A stretch of 64,000 nucleotides of DNA from Chrysomallon squamiferum (GCA_012295275.1 CM022669.1:10354001-10418000), one strand, 5' to 3'; positions 27,001 to 39,600 are shown, counted from the stretch's first letter. The notes: generated from the sequence alone by a model not told the origin. Numbers and translations: made by a program.

Positions 27001-30000
27001 TCCGGAATTAGTAATTACAGCCAAGACAACTATGTTTCACACAGGTAAAAAAAAACTAAAAAAATACCTAGTACCTGAAACAGGTAACTCAGCTGCTACA
27101 TGTTTATATCTTTATATAACTGAAGTTTAATAGATTATTTAATAAGGGTAATTAATTAAATAACTTATGCTAAATGAAGTTAGACCAGTACAGAACTGTA
27201 CAGGTTTTAACTAATTGAAATTAAATAAATGATTTAATGAGGGTGTAATTAATTTGTCATCAGAAATAACTAATTGTAATTATAGCAGGATAACGTACAT
27301 GGTATACAGATAGAGTTACAGTAAAATTAGGTTAATTATGTCACAGATAGGTTTATGTAATGGGTATATATCTTTTCTTGTTTCAAGTATAGATTTAAAT
27401 ACCACTGCTAAACAAATAATTACAGTTATTATGCCTGTAATTATACAGGTCACAGATTCGAGATCTGGGGAAAAGACTCATAGTATATATAAATAAAATA
27501 ATAAAAAATAAATATATAGTTAAAAAAACATACAGATAATGAAATTATAGTCAACAATTGTATTAAATCTTAAAAAATAAAGAGCCTGAATTCATTTTGT
27601 AATTATTTTATTTGTTCATGAGGTTAAAGTAATTTACGATGATAATAGAAATAATCTTAGCAGGTGTTGTGTTTTATGATATCACTTCTTTGCATATAAA
27701 TTTAGAGTGTTTCCACCACATGTACTTTAAAAGCTACAGATAGAGAAATATTTGTAGAGTTAAAATTGTGATTGTTATTTTAAACTCTAGATGGAAGATG
27801 TATCATAAATACAAGAGGTAAGCTTGTGTCGGTGTTGTCAGTGACTTGCATTTAAGGGAGGGAAATGTTGTGTTATTTATTTTCAACTGATTGTTTGGTT
27901 TTCATTGTAGTCATGTTTTGTTACATGACACCCATGGCACCTGGTGCTTTTTACCAGCAATACACAAACCCATACTGAGAAATGTTTGTCTCTGCTTTAG
28001 TTACAGCAAAATATGAATCATTCAGCTCTCTGTTTATTTGGCTTTTATTCTGTGATATATTTGATGTGTGTAAGAGGTGCATGATAGGTGTGTTTTTATG
28101 TGTTTCTCATTCTGTAGAGCAGAAAGAAATGGCATGACTCTCTTTATCTCTCTCCCTCTCTCTCCATGATATTGTTGTTGTTTTTATTATTATTATTTTA
28201 TTATATATATATATATATATATATGTTTTTTTGGGGGGTGGGTGAATATTTTATTAACATGTGGTAGCCTGTTGTCATGAGTAACATAATCTCAGACCTT
28301 GTTTTTGAAACTGAGCATAACATAATTTTATTTCAACAGTATAACAAAATAACTGGAATTAATAGTTGTATGTTATAGATACATCACTGGTTTTGGTTTT
28401 GGGTGTCAGTGTGGGTATAGGTGTGGGTGCTTGGATATGCATGTATCCTTGCATGTAGGTTTATGGTTATATGTATTTTTATTTATATTTGTAGTTCCCC
28501 AGATTGTCAAATTTACTTATGTATCTATTTGTCTCTTTGCACCTCATCCATTCTCCCAGTGTTGTTTGTGAAGCTTTGAAGTATGTTTTGTCATTTTATT
28601 TTTGGGAAACTGTTGTCAGTATTTAGTTTTATCAGCACTGTCTTAGTTTTAATATGTAAATAGTTAAGTGATAAACAAAATTACACCCACATACACAAAA
28701 GAGAAAGATTTATCATATTTGACAAAATGAAAAATAATGTTTAACCAAATTCATTAGATTACTTTATTTTTTTTACATGTGGATGTCAGGTAATTCATTT
28801 ACCCTTATTTATTTTTTTATTATTATTTTTTTTTGGCAAATATTTGTGTTCAGGTACATCAAATATTTATTCAGAAAAAGAAAAAGATTTTTTTTAAAAG
28901 AAATTAATTGGATATACAAGAATAAAAAATAAAGTAGACTGCATTTCATAAGCATTATGAAATTCTACTGTTATCTAAACAGCTGGAATAAGCATAAATT
29001 TTCATAAAATCTAGCAGCTAATAAATTATTTTTATAAATTATGATGATATATATATTTACTTATATATTGTACAGCATGAGTATTATGAGTATATGAGTA
29101 TTTGTGATTGTATGTGTATGAGTGGGTGTTTGTAAGTGCATTGTGTGAGTGTGCATTACTCTGTGTGTGTCTGTGTTAGAGTATGTATATGTCATTTCTG
29201 CCGCTGATTTTGAAAGACACAAAATTCTGTTTGTTTGTAGGTCTCGAGGAGTGAATGACAGTTACAAAACAGACAATATTGACAGTGAAAAATGGCGTTC
29301 TCAACCTCTGCCCCCATCTCCAGTACGCCAGCACCCATCTCAGTACAGCAACACGTCTAAGTAAGAAAACCTTAATTGGTTCTTGTTAAAGTTGTGTAAA
29401 TTTTATATATTTCTTTTTCACATCACCTTTTTTCTCTTTACAGCTATTTGTTATCATAATTGAGTGCATATCTGTATTTGTGTGTGTGTGTGTGTTGTGT
29501 GTGTGTGTGTGTGTGTGTGTGTCACAATAGAAATATAATTCTAATTAGGTCACTTATTTTTTTTCAGTAGAAAGGTCAGTCAGTTTAACCTAGTAGAAAT
29601 TCTATCCATACTAATATTGATGACAAACAAACAGTTATTTATTTTAATTGTTCAATCACTTTAAAAGCACAATAAAAATAAACTTAATTTTTTAATTATG
29701 TTATCAGCTACCAGTCCTCCTCCTATTTGCCTGTGCAGCAGAAGACTGGGTCTCAGCAGTGTTTGTCACAACGTGGCTCCAGCTACAACTACCAGCAAGG
29801 GTCTGAAGCTCCAACACACAAACCATCGCAGGCGTCACAACAACACAGCTCATTCCGCTATGTTCCCGAGGGCCCACAGTACACAGCACCATATTCACGA
29901 AATCACAACACCAGCCACAACACCAGCCACAACGCCAGCCACAACTCCTACCAGCAGCAGTCATACAGGCAACAGGTATAATTGTATTTAAGATATTTTT

Positions 30001-30552
30001 TTTTGTGTGTGTGTGCCTGTGTGTGTGTGTGTGTGTGTGTGCATGTCCTTGATGTGAATTCATATATATTTTCACAATCTATATCTTGTGTCTATTCATA
30101 TTTTTTTTTGTCTGGGTGTGCATGTGTGTGTGCTTGTGTATGAGTGTCTGAATTTATATATATTTGCATCATATATATGTCCAGTACAGAATGTGTGCAG
30201 TAAGTAATCATTAATAGTAACAAATTTCCAAGATTGTCTTGTTATTTGGACTTTCATATTGTTCCATCATTTCCAGTCACAGTCTAATCTTGGCAGCACA
30301 AGCTACAACAACAACAGCAGCACCACTACAACAACTACAACTTACAACAAGACACAGAGCCAGTCTGCAATCTCGTCCAGTCGCTATTCGTCTCCGAACA
30401 TGTCCGCATCATCGCACTATCAGCCTCACAGCCGCGCTTCCCCACCTAGCAGTGACAAACCAGCTCAGAGGAACAGCAGCACAAACTCTGAAGTGATTAA
30501 TCAGCTCCTGAGATCATCAGGATATAACCCTGATCTCTGTACAGAATTGTGA
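2415..30552 (+). CDS. EPB41L4A: Band 4.1-like protein 4A (NBL4)-like FERM + FERM-adjacent protein, 30 coding exons, about 1024 aa
   Basis: Exons, all GT-AG with consistent phase, total 3075 nt: 2415-2558, 8516-8620, 9710-9752, 12260-12341, 13699-13796, 14212-14332, 14954-15041, 15784-15872, 16455-16518, 16920-17011, 18385-18456, 19235-19350, 19875-19950, 20382-20468, 20711-20815, 21213-21275, 21564-21674, 21994-22032, 22342-22401, 22947-23006, 23758-23826, 24299-24379, 24676-24876, 25374-25446, 26155-26229, 26875-27044, 27791-27817, 29241-29360, 29708-29975, 30277-30552. FERM motifs: [87 protein letters not shown] region: LGSKHRYSGR. C-terminal blocks resembling EPB41L4A: SAPWE, GSDNES, RSKSP...[36 protein letters not shown]. 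Distal low-complexity exons are less certain than the FERM exons. Confidence 0.92.
6137..6263. repeat. (AC)n/(ACAG)n microsatellite
   Basis: Directly visible dinucleotide tract in intron 1 of the FERM gene; source of the VCVC/HTHT ORFs. Confidence 0.95.
12970..13260 (-). mobile_element. Degraded SINE-like relic (MetaSINE-type core, tentative)
   Basis: Contains gcaataaggagtcttttatgtgtgcc...cacatac...ttggctagaatgggaa...gattgatcc. This resembles, from memory, the reverse complement of the tRNA-derived SINE core GGTATGTGCTATCCTGTCTGTGGGATGGTGCATATAAAAGATCCCTTGC, and resembles the opposite-orientation piece at about 23266-23325. Confidence 0.4.
13516..13620. repeat. (CT)n microsatellite
   Basis: Directly visible. 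Confidence 0.95.
14341..14578. repeat. 41-bp minisatellite, 5 near-perfect copies plus 1 degenerate copy
   Basis: Unit GAGCATCACTAACAATGATGATAGGAGAATAATGTGAGGTT starts at 14341, 14382, 14423, 14464 and 14505, with a degenerate copy at 14546. It begins at intron position +9 after the exon 6 donor. Confidence 0.95.
15080..15165 (+). mobile_element. Possible SINE/LINE 3' tail fragment
   Basis: ...ggtgaggtgtcgttaagcattcattcattgattcatt: a GTGTCGTTAA motif followed by short (CATT)n, as remembered for CR1/L2-dependent SINE tails. Confidence 0.3.
19423..19609. repeat. Dispersed direct duplication of about 48 bp
   Basis: AAGTCTACTGGACC(T/G)ATCACAGAATAAT(A/T)ATTATATGTTGAAATTATA at 19423 and 19562. 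Confidence 0.85.
20500..20606. repeat. 27-bp minisatellite, about 4 copies
   Basis: Unit TTTAGATATCCTGTCCCATCTCATGTG in the short intron after exon 14. Confidence 0.9.
23260..23400 (+). mobile_element. Degraded SINE-like relic (MetaSINE-type core, tentative)
   Basis: ggtataactttcctgtctgtcagagttgcatatataaagaatcctttctgctgccaatc resembles the remembered SINE core GGTATGTGCTATCCTGTCTGTGGGATGGTGCATATAAAAGATCCCTTGCTGCTAATC. Confidence 0.45.
24749..24815 (+). repeat. Coding 18-bp tandem repeat (SNRENV x3, then SNQEN)
   Basis: TCAAA(C/T)AGAGAAAATGTT repeated inside FERM-gene exon 23. Confidence 0.85.
25779..26010. repeat. Tandem duplication of about 110-120 bp containing (TA)n
   Basis: GATATACACAGAGAGAAAGAGAATGATACAGATAAAGATACAGATTTAGA(TA)n TTGATATAAAAATCCATAAAATAAGTA...TTGCCAGTCAGATA occurs twice in tandem. 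Confidence 0.9.
26274..26450. repeat. Degenerate minisatellite, units of about 25-41 bp
   Basis: AAATAGATT...TTGATTAACAGAAC recurs about five times after exon 25. Confidence 0.8.
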
Positions 30553-30648
30553 TGTTTAGGTTCATCTAGAAATCAGTTGTGATGTGTAGAGTGCCATGGA
30601 GATGTAATTGTGATGAACTTTCTTGAATGTTACCAGAATGTTGTGTAA

Positions 30649-30960
30649 GAGATCTGTATATAGAATTGTGATGTTGATGTAAACATCAGATTCACAGTCA
30701 TGATGTTGTATTTGTGATGCTATGTTTTCTGCTAGAACAGTGAGATCTGTGTATGGAATTGTGATGGTACATTGTGTGCTAGAACAGTGAGATCTGTCTA
30801 TAGAATTGTGATGTCACGTTTTCTGCTAGAACAGTGAGATTTGTGTATAGAATTGTGATGTTACATTTTCTGCTAGAACAGAGATCTGTCTATAGAATTG
30901 TGATGTAAGTTTTCTGCAGGAAGCGAATGTGAGATCTGTGTGTAAATTATTATGTTTAGA
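30649..30960 (+). repeat. 47-bp minisatellite in the FERM-gene 3'UTR, homologous to the final codons and stop
   Basis: TGCTAGAACAGTGAGATCTGT.TATAGAATTGTGATG..AC.TTTTC starts at 30730, 30777, 30824 and 30871 (47-bp period), with partial copies at 30649, 30931 and 31229. Confidence 0.9.
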
Positions 30961-32980
30961 TTAGCACTACGAGATGTAGCCTAGAGCATAGCTGTGGAAT
31001 TTAGATTACCACTAGAATGCAACAGTGGTGTTTAGATTGCCAGTGGATTGCAATTGTAATGTGATGGTGAAGTATGCACAGAACTGTAATATTTAATTTT
31101 GCCATTAGAACACAATGGTGATGTTTGGGTGCTTTAAAACAGGAAATTTCAGTGTGTGTTTAGAATTGTCATTTTTTACTGCTGCTAGAATGTAACTGAA
31201 ATGTTATGTTTTTGTAGGAACATTGTCTGAGATCTCTATAGAATTGTGATGTTATTGGAATTGAGGGTTCTGAATATAGGTTTAGATTACTCTCAGTCAG
31301 AATTTTGCTTTAAAACTGAATGCTTGATTTATTTTTTCACTGTAGTAACAATTAAAAAAAAAAAAAAAAAAATTATATATATATATATTTATTTACAAAA
31401 CTGACGCCTAACATTTGATTCTTAAAACCATATTTCTACTGAAAGAATTTATATAGTGAAGAAAACCAAAATAACTATTTTATTTTATTAACAAACATGA
31501 TGTAAAGAATCTTGTTCAAAAAAAATGATTATATTTATGTACAGAGATTATTTTTTATTATTATGTTTTATTTTATTTTGTTCAGAGCATTTATTTACTC
31601 TTTTTTTTTTTGACATCTGTTGTTACCTCCAGTTTAAACCAGCAAGTGCTAAGTTATGTTATCTTCTCTTCACTTCATGACAGAGGTAAAGAGAGATATA
31701 TTGAGTCTGGTATTAACGTGTTACCTATTTTGTCTAGCTAAAGTTTATATCTGGTTTTTAAAAAAAAACCATCATCAAATGCTTTTAGGTTATTCTCTTC
31801 AATGAATAGTTGTGTTTTCTCTCCTGCCCAACACTTTCCATTAAGAAAACAAATGTTATAGATATATAGTGTCCTGTCAGGAAGTCCAAAAAAAAAATTG
31901 CCATAGAAAATTGAAAACTGATATTGCTGGTTGAATCATGTAGTTTGTAGATGATAATGAGTTTCTGTTTTGACATTTGAAATGATTTAATTTTTTATTT
32001 AATTTATTTATTTATTTTTTTAAATTTTTATACCCAGAAAAGCAGGAGGTAAAGATGTGGGTGAATGGTTTAGAAATATTAGTTTTAAAAATAATGTTGT
32101 GTGTATATTAATTTATAATAATGCTTTATTTTAGAGAGAAATAGTTTTGTGTGGAAAATGTCTGCTAGAGATTGGTGTTAAAATGAAATTAAATTCAGAA
32201 AAAAACATTCCATTTTGAAACAGTGTTAAAAATAAAAAATCCTAGAATTTGAGAAAAGTAAATAAATACATTAATATCATATGGTATTTTTATCTTAGTA
32301 AATTATCAGAAATAATTTTTTTTTAAATTTATTTTATTGTAAAATGGAGTATATTTTTAAAAAAGAAGAAAAGGAAGAAGAATAAAAAGAAGTAACAACA
32401 AAATTCATTTTCATATTTACAATGCCTGGGTTAACAATTGAAGATTACAAACCAATTTGTATAAATTTACTTGTATAGTTATTAGAGAAGTAACCATATT
32501 ATAAATATCCAGATTATGTTATTATTATTATTATTTTCATCGTCATCATCATTGTTATTATTACATTTATGAGCAAACATATGAAAATCAGCAATAATCA
32601 AATATACTAATTTATATTATTCTGCTGAATTGAGAACTTTTTGTCTGTTGTATATAAAAATGTACCAAAAGCAATATCTGTATTATCTTAAATGAAGTCT
32701 TGTATATGCTGTTTTTTTCTTTTTCTATGTAGAAAACCTTAGCTGACTTGTGGCAATTATTAATTTGTTTAACAAATTTACTAAAATTTCTTGGCATCCT
32801 TTTCTTTTTTTTCTACAAGAAATCATTGTAAAATGTAATCATTTTGTCTTCATTTTGAGTTGAACTGCTGAAGTTTTAAAAATGGCAAGCTATACTATTA
32901 TGCATAATGTAAAACAATTATGCACTTTTCAATATTTGTTGCCAAATTTAGGATTTTGTGTACATGTTTATGTGTGTGTG

Positions 32981-32983
<3 letters not shown>

Positions 32984-33074
<91 letters not shown>
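32984..33074. repeat. (GA)n microsatellite
   Basis: Directly visible. Confidence 0.95.
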
Positions 33075-33078
<4 letters not shown>

Positions 33079-34063
33079 GCTTTCATGTGAATGCAATTTA
33101 AAAGGTTACGAGTAAAATAATAATTCAGCTTATGAACAAAACTTTTTAAGTCAATTATTTACTTTTATATATATATATATATATATAAAAGTTCACAGAA
33201 TAATGCAAATATATTAATAAAAAAATATTTGTCTCTAAATTTGACTATTTAATTTGACTATTCAAAATAAAATCTTCAAAATTATCTTTTTTTAAATCAA
33301 TTATTTTAGATTTTTATTTAATATTATTGTCATTCCAATGTGTTCAGAATGAAATTAAGATTTATAATAATTAAATAGACATTTTGTAAACATTTAGACA
33401 ATTTTATATCAATACTATTTAATACATTTCATACATCATTATTATTTTATATTTACATTTATTTTACATAACAAATAAATATTCAGATTTTCTGAAAATC
33501 TGCTGTATATTTCCAGTGGTAAATGTATCTACATTGATTCATACAAGCTGTCTATTCAAGCATTATTTTCTGTTTTCCTTAGTAAAGATATAAATATTAT
33601 CTTTGATTCTGAAATTCTTTACCAAAATAATATCAAAGTTATGGGCTGGGATTTCTGGCTGTAGGTAAAACTGTTTCAGTGAGGAGTAAATGAAATGGCA
33701 GCATTAATCTCAACAGTCTGATAGATTATTATTTTACATCATACTAATGGGCATAACCTGTTTTTTACCAGTGTTATGCCTTCACATCGCAGTAATAAAA
33801 TACTAGTACACTATCATTTAGTTATGTAAGAAGTTGTGAAATACAGAGCGGTTTCTGTGCACTATTTACAGTTTGATATTTTTAATATTTCCTTTACACA
33901 AAGTTTATCAGTTTAATCAGCAATGAAATATGTGGATGTGGTTTGTGTTGTCTGTAAAGCATCTATTATTTATATACTTTCAAAAAAAAAAAATGCTTTA
34001 ATTGTTGGTAAGTTATTTATCAAACTTTTGTAGAATGTTATAGTTTTATGCTGTTATATATGA

Positions 34064-34110
34064 AATAAAATAAATTATTAACTTGTAACCCCTTTCTTTG
34101 TTTGTCATTG
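34064..34110 (+). terminator. Candidate polyadenylation signal of the FERM gene
   Basis: Overlapping AATAAA hexamers (34064, 34069) followed by a U/GU-rich tract at 34093-34108. AATAAA is common in this AT-rich DNA, so this is tentative. Confidence 0.3.
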
Positions 34111-36099
34111 GAATATATGAAGACTGAAATAATTTTATTTAATTTTAATCAGAGTTGCCAGTTGGATCTAGATGTTAACTTATAGCTTCCATGCAAGAAT
34201 ATTATCTGTTAAATATGTATGGATATAAGAGTTATTCTTGTTTTTAAACAAAGGCATTTCGTAAGCAGAGATCTTTTATCTTAATTTATTAAAACTATTT
34301 CTATAAAACCCTAAAAGTAAATAAATGTTCGTTTACATTATTAAATATAGACAGTCTATCAATTACTCAATCCATGATTTTTTTTTGTAAAATAACATTC
34401 AACTGTCAATGAAATGTGAAAAAAAAAAATTAATAAACAAAAACGTTATTTAATAACAATAATAAATAAAGTGTTCACTTCCTCAACAAACACATATTGA
34501 AAAAACAAAAAAAACCCCCACATAAACAAGAGACATGCAAGATTAAATAGAAAACAAAACAGTTAAAAAGAAAAACATTCCCTTTATTCAGTTGTATAAA
34601 TCAGTTCTATTGACAAAGGTTACAAATAATGAAATAAGGCCACCACAGCACAAGATTCAGTACACTTAAAATCTTTGTCATTTAAACATGTTGATTTAAC
34701 CTGAAAAAGTAATCATTTTATTAACAATGTTCTATAAATATGTATAACTTGAAATAAACTGAAATATTACTTGTAATAAACTAAAACTAAAACTAAAAAC
34801 TTATAATAATCAATTAATAAAAATATAATAAAAATTATAATTTAACTTTTCTCTAGAACAAAATAAGTAAATAAATCTAGATTATATTTTACCCAGAGCA
34901 ATCATTAACAATTAGCATATAATGTAAGTAATCTACGTTAAATGAATGTTTGCTGTACATTCCACATCAGATTTTGAGCTCACATGCTAACAGCTCTCAT
35001 CTTTATTACACATGATTAGCACTGATTTTGTGATTTAAAAATGTGTTTACTAAGCAAAGATGAAAAATGGAATTTAATTTAGCTTAAATATGTTAGAATA
35101 CAGATCAATGATTTTGCTGATATGTATGTGTATGTTTAAAACAAAACACAGTAAGATAGTAAGAGACAAAAACAAAACACACACACACACACACACACAC
35201 ACGCTCACACACAATCTGATGGTAATGAGAAACAAATGAAAGATAAAATACCCATTCAGCTAAGAAAAATAAAATTAAGAAATAACTAATTAACCCACAT
35301 AACTTAAACTAAATATTGTAATTTATACATACCAACTGGAAGAGAAAAATATTCATTTCCATCAATAAGAATAATATTAATGACAATAATAATTTTAAAA
35401 TCGGTGAAAATCAGATAATAAGGATTACCTCCAAAGAAGTAAAAATTGTAGTACAACTCATACATCAACCATTCTTGAAAACAATCAAACCCTAAATGTA
35501 TAACAATAAAATGTTTTTAACAGTTGATTCTTCAACATTTTTGTACATTAGATTATGGGTTCAACCCTTTATCTGTGATGAAACCTGAACTTGATGTCTC
35601 CAGCAACTTTAACTTCTACATTTTACCACAGTAAATCCGAGTCAAATAGAAAGTTATATTAAACATTGGGGTTTACAGGTTTCACAGCATTGTTTTCAAC
35701 AGCACATTTTGACATTTTATCAGCAAACACCATACCCATCTGTAGATAATGCCCAAAACTTCCATGTGCAACATGGACACAGGTAATTGTTTTAGGGATT
35801 TTCCTGTAGCTAAAAAGTAAACTGCAACCAACATCATTTCACTTGAACAATAAAAAAGCAGCTCCCACAGAGTACATATCCTTGACAGACTTGTCCTTGT
35901 AATATATTTTATGAACAAAGTCTAAGATACATATCTTGAACAAGTAATATGATTAATGAATAAGTAACTGCCATAACAAGCAGCTACCATATTATCATCT
36001 TGAATAACAAACTATTACACAGTGGTTTTATGTATAAATTAAATTTCTGCTTCATTAAGTTAATTAATATGCCATTATGTATTATTATTTATTATTATT

Positions 36100-36550
36100 T
36101 ATTCATAAACAATATGCTATCTTTTCATGAATAAAAATGTACATACAACTATTTTTTCATGAATAAAAATATTCACACAACTATCATAAAAAAGAATCTA
36201 ATACACCTGTACTTATTCACAAACAAGTAACCAAACAAACATTACAAAATGGTAAATTTTAATTCCCCCCATGCATTAAACAGAATGATCTTTCCTTGAG
36301 TAATAAGCTATTATAAAATTCTTTTCACAATAAAAATGTTCATACAACTATTATTTCTGTACATATATATAGATATATATCATACAGTTGTTTCTTCTTG
36401 AGTAAATGCTATCGTACAGCTTTGCTTTCATTAATAAAACGTCATACAACTGTATTTAGATGAACTAAAATATTCATACAACTATCTTTTCATGATCAAG
36501 TGTTTAGTTTGCTTATGTTGCTTCATCAACAAGTACTTGCATACAATTAC
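36100..36550. repeat. Degenerate short repeat array in the zinc-finger gene 3'UTR
   Basis: CATACAAC(T)-like motifs at about 36142, 36174, 36341, 36444, 36476 and 36540, several paired with TTCATGAATAAAAAT-like segments. Confidence 0.6.
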
Positions 36551-36606
36551 ATTTTTCCTGGTTATCACTTGCAAGGAGCAGCTACACTGTCAAGGTTAGA
36601 ATTCTG

Positions 36607-39600
36607 TTATTTCTTCATTTTTATCTCCATTCTCTCGACAGTCACTACTGGCTGGTTGGACGGCTGCAGAATTTTACTTTTATCAGAAAGTCTCACACTT
36701 TTAGTTACAGAAATTGGAGAACTTTTGTTATTACTTTGAACATCACATTTTTCTGGTGTTGCAGGCAAATTTTGCTCAGATTTCACAACATCAGTTTCAA
36801 TTTTACTTGTCACATCCAAACTTCTAGTGAGCTGGCGGCGTCTGGAAGAAATGAAGGCCATTCCGTGAGTCCGCATATGAAACTTTTTCTCAGCCTCAGT
36901 TTCAAAAACCCTGTTACAAACAAAACATTCTTTAGGATTGTCAGAAGCCTGATCGGGACTTTTATGTTTATTTGAACTGTCTGTGTAGGTTGATGGTTCT
37001 TCCATAGAATATATGCTAATGTCTTCTTCCTCTGGTATCACAATATTGCTGTCTTTAATGAACTGATCTGCATCCTTGATTTTGTGAACCAAAAAAAGGT
37101 GGCGCTTTAGAGAAGGCACCACACTGAAACAGAGTCCACACTGAGGACACTGAATAGAAGATTCATTTCTTTTGTGTTTTGCAATGTGTTTTGTGAACGA
37201 GTCAGAATCAGATGTTGAAAATTCACATTTGGCACAGCTGAACTGATCACCCTCTGAGACTTTTAATCTTTTCAGTGGTAGAACTGCGTCATTGGACTCA
37301 CGCTTTCTCTTTAAAAGGCTGACAGCATCGACTGGTTTTACCACCCCATGAATCGTTGCCATGTGGCTGTCGTAGAATTCTCGACGCATGAACGTTTTAC
37401 CTTTTCCTTTCTTGCCTTTACAGAGACTGCAAGAAAGCGAAACCAGCTTCTTGCAGCGGTGGACCGAGTTCATGTGTTGTTCAAGGTCTATGTCTGTGCT
37501 GTATGTCAATCCACACAGAATGCAGGGATAAAAGGCATGTTCTTCTTTCCTATGTTTGTCAAGAGTCACTTTGTCTCTGAAGTACTTGTCACAATCAATG
37601 CAGCTAAATTCTTCAGCTGAAACCATCATGATGTCATCACTGCAGTTCCAGTCAAGACCACATACAATCTGGTGCGACTTCATGTCTCCGAAAGTCTTGA
37701 AATCTTTTCTTTGACATTTGTTACAAATGAAGACCCTGTCTTTAACATGAGTAGAAATGTGTCTTGCTAACTCTTTGTCATTTTTGTAACCACCTGTATT
37801 GCAGAAGGTGCACACCAAACCTGTCTTTTTGATGTTATCTCCGAAATTTGTAATTTTGCATGATGAACTAGTGTGGTTCAGTGTATTTAGCACTATAAAG
37901 AATTCTTTCATGTGATCTACTTCTTTTATCTTGGAACAGTCAGGACCAACACAGTTCTCAAACAAATCGACAACATGGCCGAACTCACAGTGCTTCAAAT
38001 GGAACTCCATGTCAGTTACAGCTATTCTACAATATTTGCATACATTTTCCTCACTGTTTTTATGATTTTCTGTCTGATGCTGTTCTAGTTCAGAATCTGA
38101 GACAAACATCATATGGCACTTAGGACAAGGGACTGTCTCTCCTTTTTTGTGCAGCTCTAAATGCTTTAACAGATCATTCTTGGCAAAGAATATTCTGGAA
38201 ACCTGTTTCTCATCTCGGCAGGTGATGCAGATGTACCCAAAGGGAATATTATGTTTCACTTTATTGATGTGTGAATACATGTGATTTAACAACAGCTTCA
38301 GCAACATGGTGCCTTTACATATGTGGCAGTAGAAATATACTTGTAGATTCCGACTGTTTCCTGTGTGAACTTTATCCCTGTGTTCGATATATTGCTCATA
38401 AGATGGAAACACAGCATGGCACCTTTTGTCCCTGTAGAATATCCCCTGATGCTCCAGAACAAAGTGCTGCTTTAGACTAGAAGCCTTCCAGACATAAACA
38501 TTACAAACAGGACAGATGTAGACAGGTATTCTATTGAAGTGGAAGCAGACCTCTGTTATGTGAGTTTTGAAACTGTCAACACATCCAAAAGTAATACCAC
38601 ATTCAGGACAGACATGCGGCTGTTCATATTTGTGAATGCGCCTGTGGGCATGGAGGGAACATGAGGTCGGCAGGAACATGAAACAGTCCTTACACATGTT
38701 CTTAAAATTGCATATTACTCCAAGACTTCCAAAATGGTGACTTATGTTCAGATGAGTTTCAACACCACACTCTGGACAAGGATTATCATTCTTTGGTTTT
38801 ACAATAGTTGTTCTCTTAGGATCAATTTCAATCATTGCAGATGACAGTTTTTCTATTTTAGGCATATTTCCCTCTAGCAGAGACAACACTGAGATGTTGT
38901 CTGCTTTGATCTGAAGAGCTGCCCGAGACAACAGATCAGGACTGTTACTATGGCAACGCAAATGTTTCAGCAAACTGCACTTGTTGGTGAAGAGAAGCTT
39001 AATCTTGCAAGCTTTGCAGAAATACTGAATAACCATGCTACATCTAGCAAAATGATGCTTGAGGCTTGCTTCTACGAGAAAAGAGTCCCCACATTCAGTA
39101 CACAAATATGTCATAGACAAAGACTGTGATTTTATGGGTGGTGTTGGTGGCTTGTAAACATTTTCAAGATTCTTTCTCTGAATCAGTTCCGAGATGCCAG
39201 CAATATCCAGACTTTTTATTCTAAAATCTACAGTCTCCTTACTGTTGTCAAAAATTGACTGAAGACTGGTAATGTTAGTGCTTGGTTTGGCTGCATTAGC
39301 AGTCTTTGTACTTGTGGTGGTTGTTTTAGTAGTTGTTTTCACAGGAATCTTGATCTTGAAGGTGTTTGGAACATTACGCATTTGTGGCACAATGGTTACT
39401 GTAGGTGTTACTGCCTTGGCCTGCTGCCTTTTGTTTTTACTGTCTTTGGGTTTTGGCACAACAGAGACTTGCTTCAAAATGGTCTTGCCATTGGATGTTG
39501 ATGTGATAAATGTAGAATACTGAGAGACAGATGTGAGGGATGTATTCACAGGAATTAAATATGAACAAGGCATACTAGGATCGCTATTGACAATAGTAAT

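Noticed and set aside
30550-30560. Stop-codon readthrough of the FERM gene
   Set aside because: The context is TGA-TGT rather than TGA-CTA(G), and another stop is reached within about ten codons.
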